A stretch of DNA of 64,000 nt from Nemertoderma westbladi (GCA_032718475.1 JAUCBJ010004787.1:1-64000), one strand, 5' to 3'; counted from the stretch's first letter, positions 39,596-50,358 are shown. Translations and numbers: made by a program. The notes: generated from the sequence alone by a model not told the origin.

Positions 39596-41437
39596 TGACC
39601 ACATAAATTTGCAGAAATTGAATGCAAACCCCAAACTTCATCTCCTTTACTTACCAATATCGCGATATATCGGAGCCAGTATCTTCTATCCCAGATATCT
39701 CGAAAACTAAGCAAGATATGGGAAAACGGTTTCCATTTTGGATTCAACATGAAATTCTGCATCAGATAGGATATGTTTCAAAAATTCGACTTTTTGGTCA
39801 GAAAATGCGCTACCCCCCCCCCCCCCCCCCCCCTTAAAGGTCAATATTAAGAAGACTACATGGTGATAAAAGGCTGCTCTGCAAACTACCAACCAATCAT
39901 CATCGATTCACTAAAGATTGTTTCAACATCCCATTATATATACTTGGGTTCACCCATAACCCACTAACTTAGTGATGTCTTGGTCATTCACCTACCAGAG
40001 AAGGCAAAGCATATAAATAAATATTACTCTTTTCTTTCTAAACACCTTACCTCTCCTTTGTACAGGGCTGAGTCTTGGATAGGTGGATCGATCAAATCTA
40101 TATACTCTAAATACTTTGGCATGGCACTGCATTGGCACTCAATCTGCTGATATTTTTAGAAACAGGTGTGGTATCAGCATCAGTTCTAGCCAAATATAGA
40201 CAATGGATCTATTTGAACAGAGTTCAAAGTAACCCCTTCCAGCACGAACCTCTCGTTTTTTCTTATAACCTAGCTGTGTCTGCCTCCTAGACTTAGATGT
40301 AGAGCACCACAACACAGTAATAAAAACATTGGGACTATGTTGGTGAATGCAAGAAGATGATGAGATTTACTTAGCAGTTGCCTCTATTAACAATGTACCA
40401 GCAAAAACATGATGCTAATCATGTTTTTTAAAATGCATAAAGTCTTTGACCCATTTTGAAATTTTGCACCAGTAATAATGAGGGTTAAGTCCATGCTTAA
40501 GACATCTTGGCTTTTGGTCTATTCCCCAAATTATGTTTGAAGCCTGAAGCAAGTGTGAAAATGACCAGAAAAACATAGAACAGTTAACTATTCCCAGAAC
40601 ATACAGTACTTTCCTCACTTGCAAACAACCAAACAACTTCAACTTCATGTAAAAGTGTCAGCGAGTCGTCCTTACCATCTAAAGAGATTCAATTTCCAAA
40701 CTTAGATAAAGGATTCTATCTCTGGCTGAAAAGACTTATGTGCAGTCGGTAAATTGTTACATTCGCCGCATGGTGCATCAGAATTGTTGGAGACAAAATA
40801 AATCCCTCTACAACTGTGAAAGCTCTTTGAATTTTTGGTCCATAACACTAGAAGAACGTTTATAGATTAGAAAGTTTATAGATGAGAGTTTGCCTCTCGC
40901 AAAGAATAGCAGATCCAGAACTCTTTTTGAAACATCAACACATTAATCCCATTCTCCATGGGCTTATTCGAGTTCAAACACACCTGCATTGGCTCCAGTG
41001 TCTTATGATACTATACATCCATACATGTTGTGTGACCCACTCCTCTTGGAACAATTATTCCATGACACCCCACTCGAACTTATCACTTAGGATCTTGAGT
41101 CATTTGAGACAACTCTATTTTCTGGATTCACCCTGGGAGTATGTTTGGAATGCTGTCTTCACTGCCGGAGATATAACTCACCATTGATGAAACAAAAGAT
41201 GGGAACTTACTAGTTTAATTACTATTATGTTGCCTCTGTGTATATATACAATTTAATATAAATCTTAATGTAAATTTGATGTTCTTTATATTTCTTCATA
41301 TACTGGTACTTTATGTTCTTATGTACTTTAATGTAAATCTTCCATGGGATATTAAATGAATATTGAATTGTGCTAAATTGTGTCAGGCAAGTTGATGCCT
41401 AGTGCTATATATTATCTGTGTATGTTTTGTAAATGAA

Positions 41438-43932
41438 ATGGCCGACGATTTCAGTAAACTTCATAGCGACGTCACGACGTTATTTCGTTCAATAAAGCAA
41501 AAGAAAAGTGTCTCCAATGACGATGAGAAGCGGATCTCCGATTTGTTGATGGCCATGAACTCCATCTACACCACCACATTAACTGACGTAGCAGAGGCTA
41601 GGAAAATCGCTGTCGACGCGCAACAAGAAGCCATATTGAGTAAAAATAAACTCATCGATGTTCTACAAAGCAATGCTACCGGTACATCAATCGTAGGCGG
41701 GTACCCAACCCAGCCTTCCTTCAGTTCTGTGGGTTCCAACGGCGGCAACCGACAGCCGCTTGTGAACCCCCACGTCGCTAATTCCCAAGTTCCTCGTACA
41801 ACCGCAATTTCCTTTCTGCATTTCCGCATTTCCACTGGTTTTGGGTCGTAAAACAGGTGGCCCTCTTCGCGCTGCCAAGCCACCCCCAACCCTAACACCG
41901 GGCGTTCTCATGTCCACATTGGCCGGCTGGACTTATCGACAACCCGAGACGATATACCGGATTACCTAAGACGAGAAGGCGTTAGTTTTCAGGATGTTAT
42001 TCAGCTACCTCTGAAAGACGGAAATTCACCATTCCAGAGTTTCCATATCATATGCGAACACGAACAACGAGACAACATTATGGACCCCTCATTAAGGGAA
42101 GAAGGGATTAGCATCCGCAACTACCGGCTGTCCGATAAGGATCGGGCGGATCTCGGGCTCCGTCCACGAGCGACCCGCGCAGCCGACTCGGACAGTCAGG
42201 TCCCTGCAGACAATACTCAACGTACGATAAACATAAACAATACAGCCTAGGTCAGGAGCGTTGATGTACAAGTATCGGTTCGTTTGTGGAATGTAGAAGG
42301 ATACCGTTACCTCGCTACCAATCTTACTGATATCCAACTCTACGGCAACTGTGATGTCGTACTATTTACAGAAACAATGTTTACCGATGAGACCCTAAAC
42401 CCAAACTCGTACTACCCATATATTCAGCCCGCAACTAAACCGAGTAGGGGTCGGCCGGTAGGAGGTCTCATGATTCTCTGCAGGCCTTGGCTAACCCCAA
42501 GTTTAATAAAACAGTCTGATCATTATATCGTAATAAAATCATCCTGTGCGTATTTTGCAGTATTCTATTTCCACCCTGATGTCCCATTAGCAGAAATATT
42601 ACTGATAATATTCGAGGCGCTCTCCTACACGAACCCCAACATTCCTATTATAATAGGAGGGGACTTTAACTGTCGGCTCGACTTTGGATCACGCGGAACT
42701 GAACTCACCACTGACCTCGCCAACATTGGTTTTATTGGATTAAACTCTCCAACGATTCCCACATATATTTCGCCCCAAGGACAGAGCGTTATCGATTTGA
42801 TGTTTGTAAAATTCCAGTGTCCAACACAGGCGCCACTGCCGCACTTAATAGTCGAGCAGAACCCTGCAAGGAAACACCAACCAGTATCTGGTACTTTCTC
42901 TTTGGCTTCCAGTTTACCGATCCCTCAGAACATGCCAGCACGTCTATCCCGTAAAATAAATCTACAAAATTTCATATCCCACCCTAACCATACAGGTATC
43001 TACCAGCAGCTAGCAGTGAATAATATAGATAATGCCGCCGATCTTCTAACCGAGCTAATGGCGGACTCGACGATCCCGAAGAAATCGAAAATCTTTGGTA
43101 AACCTTGGTTCGATACAGAATGTCGCAGGTCAAAACAACAGTTAATCGCCGCCATGGATGTTCGAAATAACTCAACTGCCGAACAATCCAACTTCTGGTA
43201 CCTCAGGAAAGAATACAAAGCTTTAACAAATCGAAAACGAAACAAATTCGAGGAGGACACACTTATGGATCTTGTTAGCCGCTCAGAAATTAAACCATGG
43301 CTATTACATAAAGAGTATAAACGCACAATTGCCCCTATCGACCCAGCCACATTGAAGTCTCATTTCCAAGATCTGCTCGGAGTTTCTGGAGACGTTCCTA
43401 ATGTTCCTACAATACAGACAACCTCGCTCAATGAACGGCTAGATACCGAATGGTACAACGACCCAATTACGGAGAACGAGATAGCCCATAGTATAAACAT
43501 GTGCAATAACGGGAAAGCTAGCGGTATGGATGGTATCTTTTATGAACACCTCAAACTCACAATGCCATTTATACTTACATTGCTGTTGGTGTTGTATAAT
43601 GCCTGTCTAAATATTGGCAGACTACCGCAACGCTGGAAGGAATGCATAATCCTTCTCCTATACAAAGGCAAAGGACTAATTACAAAACCAGATAACTACA
43701 GGGGAATTGCATTGTTATCTGTATTTATTAAAACTCTCACATCTATAATAAACACTCGTGTTCGATGGTACATAGCACACAAAATTCCGTCGGAACAATA
43801 TGGTTTTATGCCTAATAAGTCTACGGCCGATGCCCTACGTATACTGATAAACGACATTTACTCTGCTTTACAATCGGCAAATAAATCAGATCGAAAAATG
43901 TATGCAGCATTTGTAGATTTTCAGAAAGCCTT
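41438..43932 (+). mobile_element. RTE-X-like LINE (ORF1 and APE-RT ORF2) interrupted by B2 and A2
   Basis: ORF1 from ATG 41438, with an RRM-like VHIGRLDLSTT segment after a frameshift; ORF2 breaks at FVDFQKAF exactly at the B2 TSD. Confidence 0.8.
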
Positions 43933-44008
43933 TGTTAGCTTATTCAATTCCGCTAACACCCCACAAAGTCAACCGTTAAGCAATATTGGGGGCCACGAGA
44001 TTGGGTAA
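42284..44008 (+). CDS. LINE ORF2: APE endonuclease and N-terminal RT (last ~25 aa are read-through into the B2 LTR)
   Basis: Motifs WNVEG, FTETM, GGDFN, SVIDL, KPWFD, NYRGIALLS, QYGF and FVDFQKAF. Confidence 0.88.
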   Translation: MWNVEGYRYLATNLTDIQLYGNCDVVLFTETMFTDETLNPNSYYPYIQPATKPSRGRPVGGLMILCRPWLTPSLIKQSDHYIVIKSSCAYFAVFYFHPDVPLAEILLIIFEALSYTNPNIPIIIGGDFNCRLDFGSRGTELTTDLANIGFIGLNSPTIPTYISPQGQSVIDLMFVKFQCPTQAPLPHLIVEQNPARKHQPVSGTFSLASSLPIPQNMPARLSRKINLQNFISHPNHTGIYQQLAVNNIDNAADLLTELMADSTIPKKSKIFGKPWFDTECRRSKQQLIAAMDVRNNSTAEQSNFWYLRKEYKALTNRKRNKFEEDTLMDLVSRSEIKPWLLHKEYKRTIAPIDPATLKSHFQDLLGVSGDVPNVPTIQTTSLNERLDTEWYNDPITENEIAHSINMCNNGKASGMDGIFYEHLKLTMPFILTLLLVLYNACLNIGRLPQRWKECIILLLYKGKGLITKPDNYRGIALLSVFIKTLTSIINTRVRWYIAHKIPSEQYGFMPNKSTADALRILINDIYSALQSANKSDRKMYAAFVDFQKAFVSLFNSANTPQSQPLSNIGGHEIG

Positions 44009-44477
44009 CCAATAACTCGTGTCACCCCAACAAAGTGGGAAGGAGAAACGCACAATAAGGGTCAGGGGCCAAACCCCTAACAGAGGGAGAATAGCTGGAG
44101 TGAACGGGAACACTCCAAAGGGCGCCAACAGGGATATTAGCCAATCAGGGGGGAAGCATCGGCTAGGTACTGTAGCAAGGCCAAACCGTGCAATATATTA
44201 TTAGGTACCAGCAATCATTCAGTTCAGTTATCTCAGTGTGTTATTGGTGTTAGTTAGGTTAGTTTAGCTAGGGAAGTACCGGGACTTCAATCACCGTATC
44301 CCGCCTTCCATATATCAACATTCAGTCTATACATTACAACATATCTATCTTATATCTATCTATTATACCCGGAAATTATATACGACGAACAACGCAAACT
44401 CTTTTACCTTTCACACACGGCGGGGACGCGTAGATTGACAAACGGATAAATCGGGATCCTTCGTGGATCCCGTCACA
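43933..44477 (+). repeat. 5' LTR of B2
   Basis: Near-identical to 54316-54857; CCAAT and TATA-like motifs; terminal hairpin CGGGATCC-N5-GGATCCCG. Confidence 0.95.
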
Positions 44478-44547
44478 GTGATTGAAACCAAGCTGCTACC
44501 CCTAGTTAGCTAAACAGTGACTACCAGCCACCAATCTAAAGTACGAG

Positions 44548-46460
44548 ATGAGTCAGTCAGGAGAGACGACACCGACGCGGACCCCGGACGAAGAACTAAC
44601 GATCCGCGAGGCCGCGACCAGACGGTATAGGCCCACGACGCCGGACCCATCGGTAACGGGTCACCCGGCAGATCAGGATGGAGGGGACCGTCTGGAGTCA
44701 GAGATCGAGCCGAGAGAACCGGGAGCCGAGTTGGGAGAAGGAGAGGGCGAGAGGGACGGAGAAGAAGACGAGTCGACACGGAACGAGGGTCGACGTGCCG
44801 ATGTCGCCGGCCAGCCACAGGCCGAGGGCGACGAACGGCCCACCGAAACGGCGACGGTGGGACCGACGGTACAACGCCGGACCCGGAGAGATGAGGGAGA
44901 TGTCGGTACCGATGTCGCCGGCCAGCTACAGGCCGAGGGCGACGGACGGCCCACCGGAACGGCGACGGTGGGGCCGCCGGTACGACGTCGGACCCGGAGA
45001 GACGGAGGAGAGGTCGGCGACGAGGACGTCGGGGTTTCTGATCGACTTCGACGGGCCTACAACGCGACCCGGAAGCTACTCAAGGAGGCCAAGGAGGGGG
45101 CGAAGATAGATGAGGTGAAGTTAACAAGAGGACTAGGTGAGTCGGATAGACATTTTAGCTATCTAATGCGTTTCGGGCAGAGAGAACTGGCCAAGGAGAG
45201 AGCGAGAGGGGTTGCAGAGGAACTGTGTGATTTATGGCGGTGTAGGGGTATGCAACCTAGTGCAGTGTACGTAGGGCCATACTTAGTCGATGCCCAGGGT
45301 GTAAAATTTGTGGGTTGGAGGAGACCTGAGGAGGGCGAATCTGCGGGAGGTTGAGCCCGAGGATTCGATCTCGTCGGTCGGGGGAAGTTCTGGGAAGAGG
45401 GGGAAAGTTAGTAGGTCGGGAAGGCGGAGGGAATCCGTCGTAACCGATAAGTCTGCTACATCCTCCGTAAAAGAAAGACGGGTGAGAAAGATAAATGCCA
45501 CGTACCATCTCGACCTGATAGAGCAAGGTCAGAGAGAGTTAAATAGACGGTTAGAGGAGGGGAGAATACAACTAGAGAGGGAAGCGGTACTGATTAGAGA
45601 AACCAGAGAGAGGGCCGAAAGGGCCGCGAAAAGCCTTAGAGAGTGTGAGGAAATAGGGAGGAAGGAACAAGAGGAGCGTGTGGCGAGAGAGAAAAGTGAA
45701 CGCAAAGAGCGTGAGGCGGAACGCAAGGAACGTGAGGCGAGAGAGGAAAATGAACGCAAGGAACATGAGGCGAGAGAGGAGAATGAATGCAAGGAACGTG
45801 AGGCGAGGGAAGAAAGTGAGTGTAGAGAGCGTGAGGTGAGGCGAAGGGAAGGAGCTAAGAGAGAGGCGGAATTGGCCGACCAGAACGCACGGGAGGATCG
45901 GGAGAGAATGGCAAGAGAGGGGCGTGAGCGAAAAGAGTGGGAAAGACAGCAAAACGAGCTTATAGAGTACAAAGCTAGACGCACGCGCGAACTAGAACTG
46001 GCGCGGATAGGGGCATCTGAGAGCGGGACTGGCTCGAATATTTTCGAGGAGCCAAGGGCCGTGGATACATTTATTAATACCCCACTTACAGGGACCGCAC
46101 GACAGACACGAAACTGGTGTGACCGTACGGGCGGGGGGGGGGGGGGGGGGGGGGGGGTAATAATAATATTACCGTAGGCGATGTTAATATTAATGGTACC
46201 GTATCGGATAATCCTAACCAAGCTTATATTGCAGGAAATACTTTGCCTGGTAGTAGTAATTTGAATTTAAATACAAATAGCCTAAATAATAATTTCAATT
46301 TAAACGTGCAAAATAATTCGAATAACAATTTAAATTTAGAAAATAATAATAATTCAAATAATTTAAATAATGATCCAAGCCCGAATTTACAAAACAATTC
46401 AAATAGTGTAGTCACGCAAAATAATCCAAATGATTCTATTTCGAACGAACAAAATAATTC
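44548..46460 (+). pseudogene. B2 gag N-terminal region (frameshifted; coiled coil, Asn-rich tract); capsid, NC and protease absent
   Basis: ORFs 44548-45354, 45308-46177 and 46243-46551 are colinear with B1 ORF 17335-19023. Confidence 0.75.
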
Positions 46461-46480
46461 AGTAGAGCGTAGAGGAGTCT

Positions 46481-49400
46481 ATGAAGTGCGACGAGGGGCG
46501 GTACACCATAGGAATGGTATGGAAACTACCGAAGTTACCACTGCCCGATAATAGAGGGATGGTACTCACGAGGCTCCGCAAGCTGAAACAAACACTAAAA
46601 CGGAGCCCCGAGAAGAATGAGTACATCCACAGAACGATTAAGAAGTACGTCGAGAAAGGATGGGCCGTGGAGTTACCGGTCGACGAACCAAACACGGACA
46701 GGACATATTACCTGCCACTCCACGTGGCTTTAGACCCAAAGAAAGGTAAACTGCGGATGGTAGTTGACGCATCGGCAAAGACCAACGGAAAATGCTTAAA
46801 CGACTATCTGCTAGAAGGTCCAAACATATACAACTCGGGGATAGAGGTCCTACTTAGATTTAGAAATGGGAAACACGCCTTCACGTGTGACATAGAAGGC
46901 ATGTTCAACCAAGTCCGTGTAACGGAGGAAGATAGCGACAGTCAACGCTTCTTATGGTATAACGGCGAGGAAGAACCGTCGATAATACCGACGTACAAGA
47001 TGGTAGTACAGAACATGGGAGCCAAGTCGTCTTCATTTACGACGACTATGGCAGTGAGAGATACAGTGAAGGGGAAGGAGGATAGATACAGCACTAGGGC
47101 CGTCGATATGATTCGACGCGGCTTCTACGTAGACGACGGAATGGAGTCTGGAAATACGGTTAAGGAGATACTGGACACAGGGCGCGAGGTTCGCGACATC
47201 CTAAAAGGATCCGGCTTTAACCTGACCAAATTCCAATCCAGTTCGGAGGAATTTATCAAGGCGATAGAGGACAAGAGACCAGAATCGACCATGGATAATC
47301 CCACAACAGCCAAAGGGCAGGACATGGCGAACAAGAGGACAGAATCTCAACAGAAGGCACTGGGAATCGTGTGGAACAGAGAGACAGACGAACTGAAGTA
47401 TCAGCTGAGCCAGGAGGGCGCAGACATCCACACGAAGAGGGGCTATGTGTCGTATATAGCAAGGATATACGATCCCCTAGGTCTAGCATCCCCACTATTA
47501 GTCACGGGGAAACAGATACTCAAGAGAGTATACAAATTGAAGGATGAGTGGGACGTAGAGGTACCAGAGGAGATCAAGAAACAGTGGTGTAAGTGGACAG
47601 AAGATTTGGAGAAGATGGGAACATACAACATGCCACGAGTGTATTTCCCGGATGGGAACATGACGAATCTGGACCTACACATGTTCTCCGATGCGTCGTT
47701 GGAGGCGTACGGAGCGGCACTTTATTTAGTACAACGAGAGGGGGCTCACAAGCCCAGACTGGCCTTTAGCAAAGCAAAGTCAACGCCGCCAGATTCAGCA
47801 TCAGTTCCCAAATTAGAATTGACAGCTGCGAGACTAGGAGTTAGAGCCACAGCCTACCTAGTGGATACTATTCCCAACATAGTGGAGACACACTACTGGA
47901 CGGACTCCATGGTAGTGCTTGGTTGGCTACATAACGAAAGGACGAGATACCCAATATTCGTCGCGAATAGGGTGGACGAGATAAGGGCGACCACAGAATT
48001 GGAAAGGTGGCACTACTGCCCGACGGACGAGAACCCAGCGGACTTGTTATCAAGGGGCGTGGCACGCCACACTTTCTTAAAAAAGGAAGGATTGTGGCAA
48101 CACGGGCCGCAGTTTCTGAGCGACAAGGAGGCCTGGCCGCCGATGAGAAAGGTGGACCCGGACTCAGGAGAGGTAGTGTCAGAAGGAGAAGAGGGAGATT
48201 CAGAGGGAGAAGAGATATACTCCCAGATGGTGAGGGAGATAAGGGACGTGCAACCTAAACCAGAAGAACTGTGCGATAACCCGACAGATAAACTCCTCAG
48301 CTACAGCTCTAGTTGGTATAAGACCAAGAAATTAGTGGCGTACTGGAGAGCCTTCGGGAATTTCCTCGCGGGAGTTGGCAAAGACAAGAAGATCAGGACA
48401 ACCATAGATCTGGAAGGAGCGGCCAAGGCAGTCATCCGCTATGAACAACGGAAGAACTATGGCGACGAGGTGGAACGCGTCGGTAAACAACAGCACCTTC
48501 GACGGGACAGCGAGCTGATCACGCTGTCGCCACAACTTAATGACGACGGGATTCTAGTAATGAATTCTAGGGTGGGATACAACAACAGCATAGTCGTACC
48601 ACCGAAACCCATCATCATTCCCACAGGATCGCCAATAGTCCACCAGATTATCTGGGACTCCCACAAGTCGATATTGCACGGGGGCACCAACCGAACTCTC
48701 ACGGAGATAAGGAGGACCTTTTGGGTCAAGCAGTTGAGGAAGAAGGTAAAAGCGGTAGTGGGGCAGTGCCAGACCTGCCGACGAGCGAAGAAGGAGCGAG
48801 CCATACAAGAGATGGCACCACTACCAGCGAGTAGAGTAAGACAGCACGACCCGCCATTTACACATTGCGGTGTGGACATGTTCGGGCCGATAAAGATCAA
48901 GGTGATGCGGCACACGGAGAAACGCTACGGTATTATCTTCGTATGTAACAACACGCGGGCGGTAGGGATAGAACTCGCCCAAGATGCAACCGCATCAGCA
49001 TTTATTAATGCATTAGAAAGATTCAGAGACCGCAAAGGTGGGACGATCGCAGTAATGTACTCCGACAGCGGAACCAACTTTGTGGGAGCAGAGAACGAGA
49101 TGGCAGAGGCCTTGGACATCTTGGAAGGGGAGGAAGTCAGGGCGGCCATGAGACGACGACAAGTAAAGTGGGAGAGAAGGACGCCGTATGCACCACATAC
49201 ACTAGGATGCGTCGAGAGACTGGTGGGCAGTTCAAAGCGTCTCATGACGAAGCTAATGAACACCCACATGGTCACCGAGGACGTCTTGAGGACAGTGCTT
49301 GCGAAGTGCGAGGGTATCATTAATAGCAGACCGCTATATCCGGAGAATGATGACCCTGAGTCATTAGATGTGCTGACACCCAGCCATTTTCTAATGGAAA

Positions 49401-49771
49401 GGCCAGCGACCATCGATATGCGGGGTGTAGACCCAGATGACATACACTCCCGCCAGAGTTGGAAGGTCGCTAAAGCAATAAGCGCAGAGTATTGGAGGAG
49501 GTGGGTTGAGGAATACCTACCCACGCTTCACAAAAGAAGCAAGTGGAGGAAGTCGAATAGGGAGTTAAGAGAGGGAGATCTCGTAATCGTTACGGATGAT
49601 ACTATCATCAACAACCAGTGGCGGTTGGCGAGAGTCGTAGGCACTTACTCCGATGAGGACGGAAGAGTCCGATCGGTAGAAGTGCGGATAGGTGGCAAGA
49701 TCGGTGCGAAAGACAGAAAAACCTACAGGAGAGCTGTAGGGAAATGCTGTCTATTAGAAGGGGCACCTTAG
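46481..49771 (+). CDS. pol: BEL/Pao pol: RT, RNase H, integrase (1096 aa, uninterrupted)
   Basis: RMVVDAS, CDIEGMFNQV, FYVDD, FSDAS, PKLEL, WTDS, NPADLLSRG, H..H...CQTC, GVDMFGP, YSDSGTNFVG, CVERLV and W.LARV...D.VR.V. Confidence 0.95.
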   Translation: MKCDEGRYTIGMVWKLPKLPLPDNRGMVLTRLRKLKQTLKRSPEKNEYIHRTIKKYVEKGWAVELPVDEPNTDRTYYLPLHVALDPKKGKLRMVVDASAKTNGKCLNDYLLEGPNIYNSGIEVLLRFRNGKHAFTCDIEGMFNQVRVTEEDSDSQRFLWYNGEEEPSIIPTYKMVVQNMGAKSSSFTTTMAVRDTVKGKEDRYSTRAVDMIRRGFYVDDGMESGNTVKEILDTGREVRDILKGSGFNLTKFQSSSEEFIKAIEDKRPESTMDNPTTAKGQDMANKRTESQQKALGIVWNRETDELKYQLSQEGADIHTKRGYVSYIARIYDPLGLASPLLVTGKQILKRVYKLKDEWDVEVPEEIKKQWCKWTEDLEKMGTYNMPRVYFPDGNMTNLDLHMFSDASLEAYGAALYLVQREGAHKPRLAFSKAKSTPPDSASVPKLELTAARLGVRATAYLVDTIPNIVETHYWTDSMVVLGWLHNERTRYPIFVANRVDEIRATTELERWHYCPTDENPADLLSRGVARHTFLKKEGLWQHGPQFLSDKEAWPPMRKVDPDSGEVVSEGEEGDSEGEEIYSQMVREIRDVQPKPEELCDNPTDKLLSYSSSWYKTKKLVAYWRAFGNFLAGVGKDKKIRTTIDLEGAAKAVIRYEQRKNYGDEVERVGKQQHLRRDSELITLSPQLNDDGILVMNSRVGYNNSIVVPPKPIIIPTGSPIVHQIIWDSHKSILHGGTNRTLTEIRRTFWVKQLRKKVKAVVGQCQTCRRAKKERAIQEMAPLPASRVRQHDPPFTHCGVDMFGPIKIKVMRHTEKRYGIIFVCNNTRAVGIELAQDATASAFINALERFRDRKGGTIAVMYSDSGTNFVGAENEMAEALDILEGEEVRAAMRRRQVKWERRTPYAPHTLGCVERLVGSSKRLMTKLMNTHMVTEDVLRTVLAKCEGIINSRPLYPENDDPESLDVLTPSHFLMERPATIDMRGVDPDDIHSRQSWKVAKAISAEYWRRWVEEYLPTLHKRSKWRKSNRELREGDLVIVTDDTIINNQWRLARVVGTYSDEDGRVRSVEVRIGGKIGAKDRKTYRRAVGKCCLLEGAP

Positions 49772-49908
49772 GGTGGAGTTAGAGTGTAGTTTAGTCGTCC
49801 AAGTTTGGACTGAGGGGGGTGGGATTGAGGGCGAGACGCCCTTCCCACACATAAAATAAAAATAAAATAAATAAAAATTAGAGTTAGTTAGTTAGGAGTT
49901 AGTTAGAA

Positions 49909-50358
49909 GGTACGTAGTACCTAGAGTTAGTTAGTTAGTTAGTTAGGAGTTAGTTAGAAGGTACGTAGTACCTAGAGTTAGTCAGTTAGAAGGTACGTAG
50001 TACCTAGAGTTAGTTAGTTAGTTAGTTAGGAGGTACGTAGTACCGTTAGTGAAGTTAGAGAGTTAGAGGGTACGTAGTACCGTTAGTTAGAGAGTAGTAA
50101 GAGGGTACGTAGTACCGTTAGTGGAGTTAGGATAAGAGTTAGAGGGTACGTAGTACCGTTAGTGGAGTTAGAGAGTAGTAAGAGGGTACATAGTACCGTT
50201 ATTGGAATTAGAGTAAGAGTTAGAGGGTACGTAGTACCGTTAGTTAGTTAGAGAGTAGTAAGAGGGTACGTAGTACCGATTAGTGGAGTTAGAGTAAGAG
50301 TTAGAGGGTACGTAGTACCGTTAGTTAGTTAGAGAGTAGTAAGAGGGTACGTAGTACC
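49909..50358. repeat. Array of 12 palindromic GGTACGTAGTACC units with TTAG/GAG-rich spacers between pol and ORF3
   Basis: Units start at 49909, 49960, 49992, 50032, 50069, 50104, 50145, 50185 (one mismatch), 50226, 50265, 50307 and 50346. Confidence 0.92.

Larger units (their letters stand above)
36243..39833. mobile_element. Foldback MITE with TIRs of about 500 bp, GGG/CCC ends and TTAA TSD (Kolobok-like non-autonomous); right TIR split by a hAT insertion
   Basis: Left arm 36243-36743 is the reverse complement of 36881-37164 plus 39603-39833; TTAA at 36239-36242 and 39834-39837. Confidence 0.8.

Noticed and set aside
36239-39837. Single autonomous TTAA-type (Kolobok/piggyBac) transposon encoding the 505-aa ORF
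   Set aside because: The ORF has hAT-type motifs and sits in a separate insert that splits the right TIR with its own target duplication.
39840-41400. Possible further GPCR exons or a TE remnant
   Set aside because: No splice-bounded segment with receptor similarity and no clear TE motif found by eye.
49878-50030. Interstitial telomere (TTAG/TTAGG-like)
   Set aside because: Mostly TTAG 4-mers in array spacers, not a regular telomeric run.
49909-50358. CRISPR-like appearance (palindromic repeats with spacers next to a nuclease)
   Set aside because: The repeat is only 13 bp, spacers are low-complexity and re-duplicated rather than unique, there are no cas genes, and the context is a eukaryotic retrotransposon.
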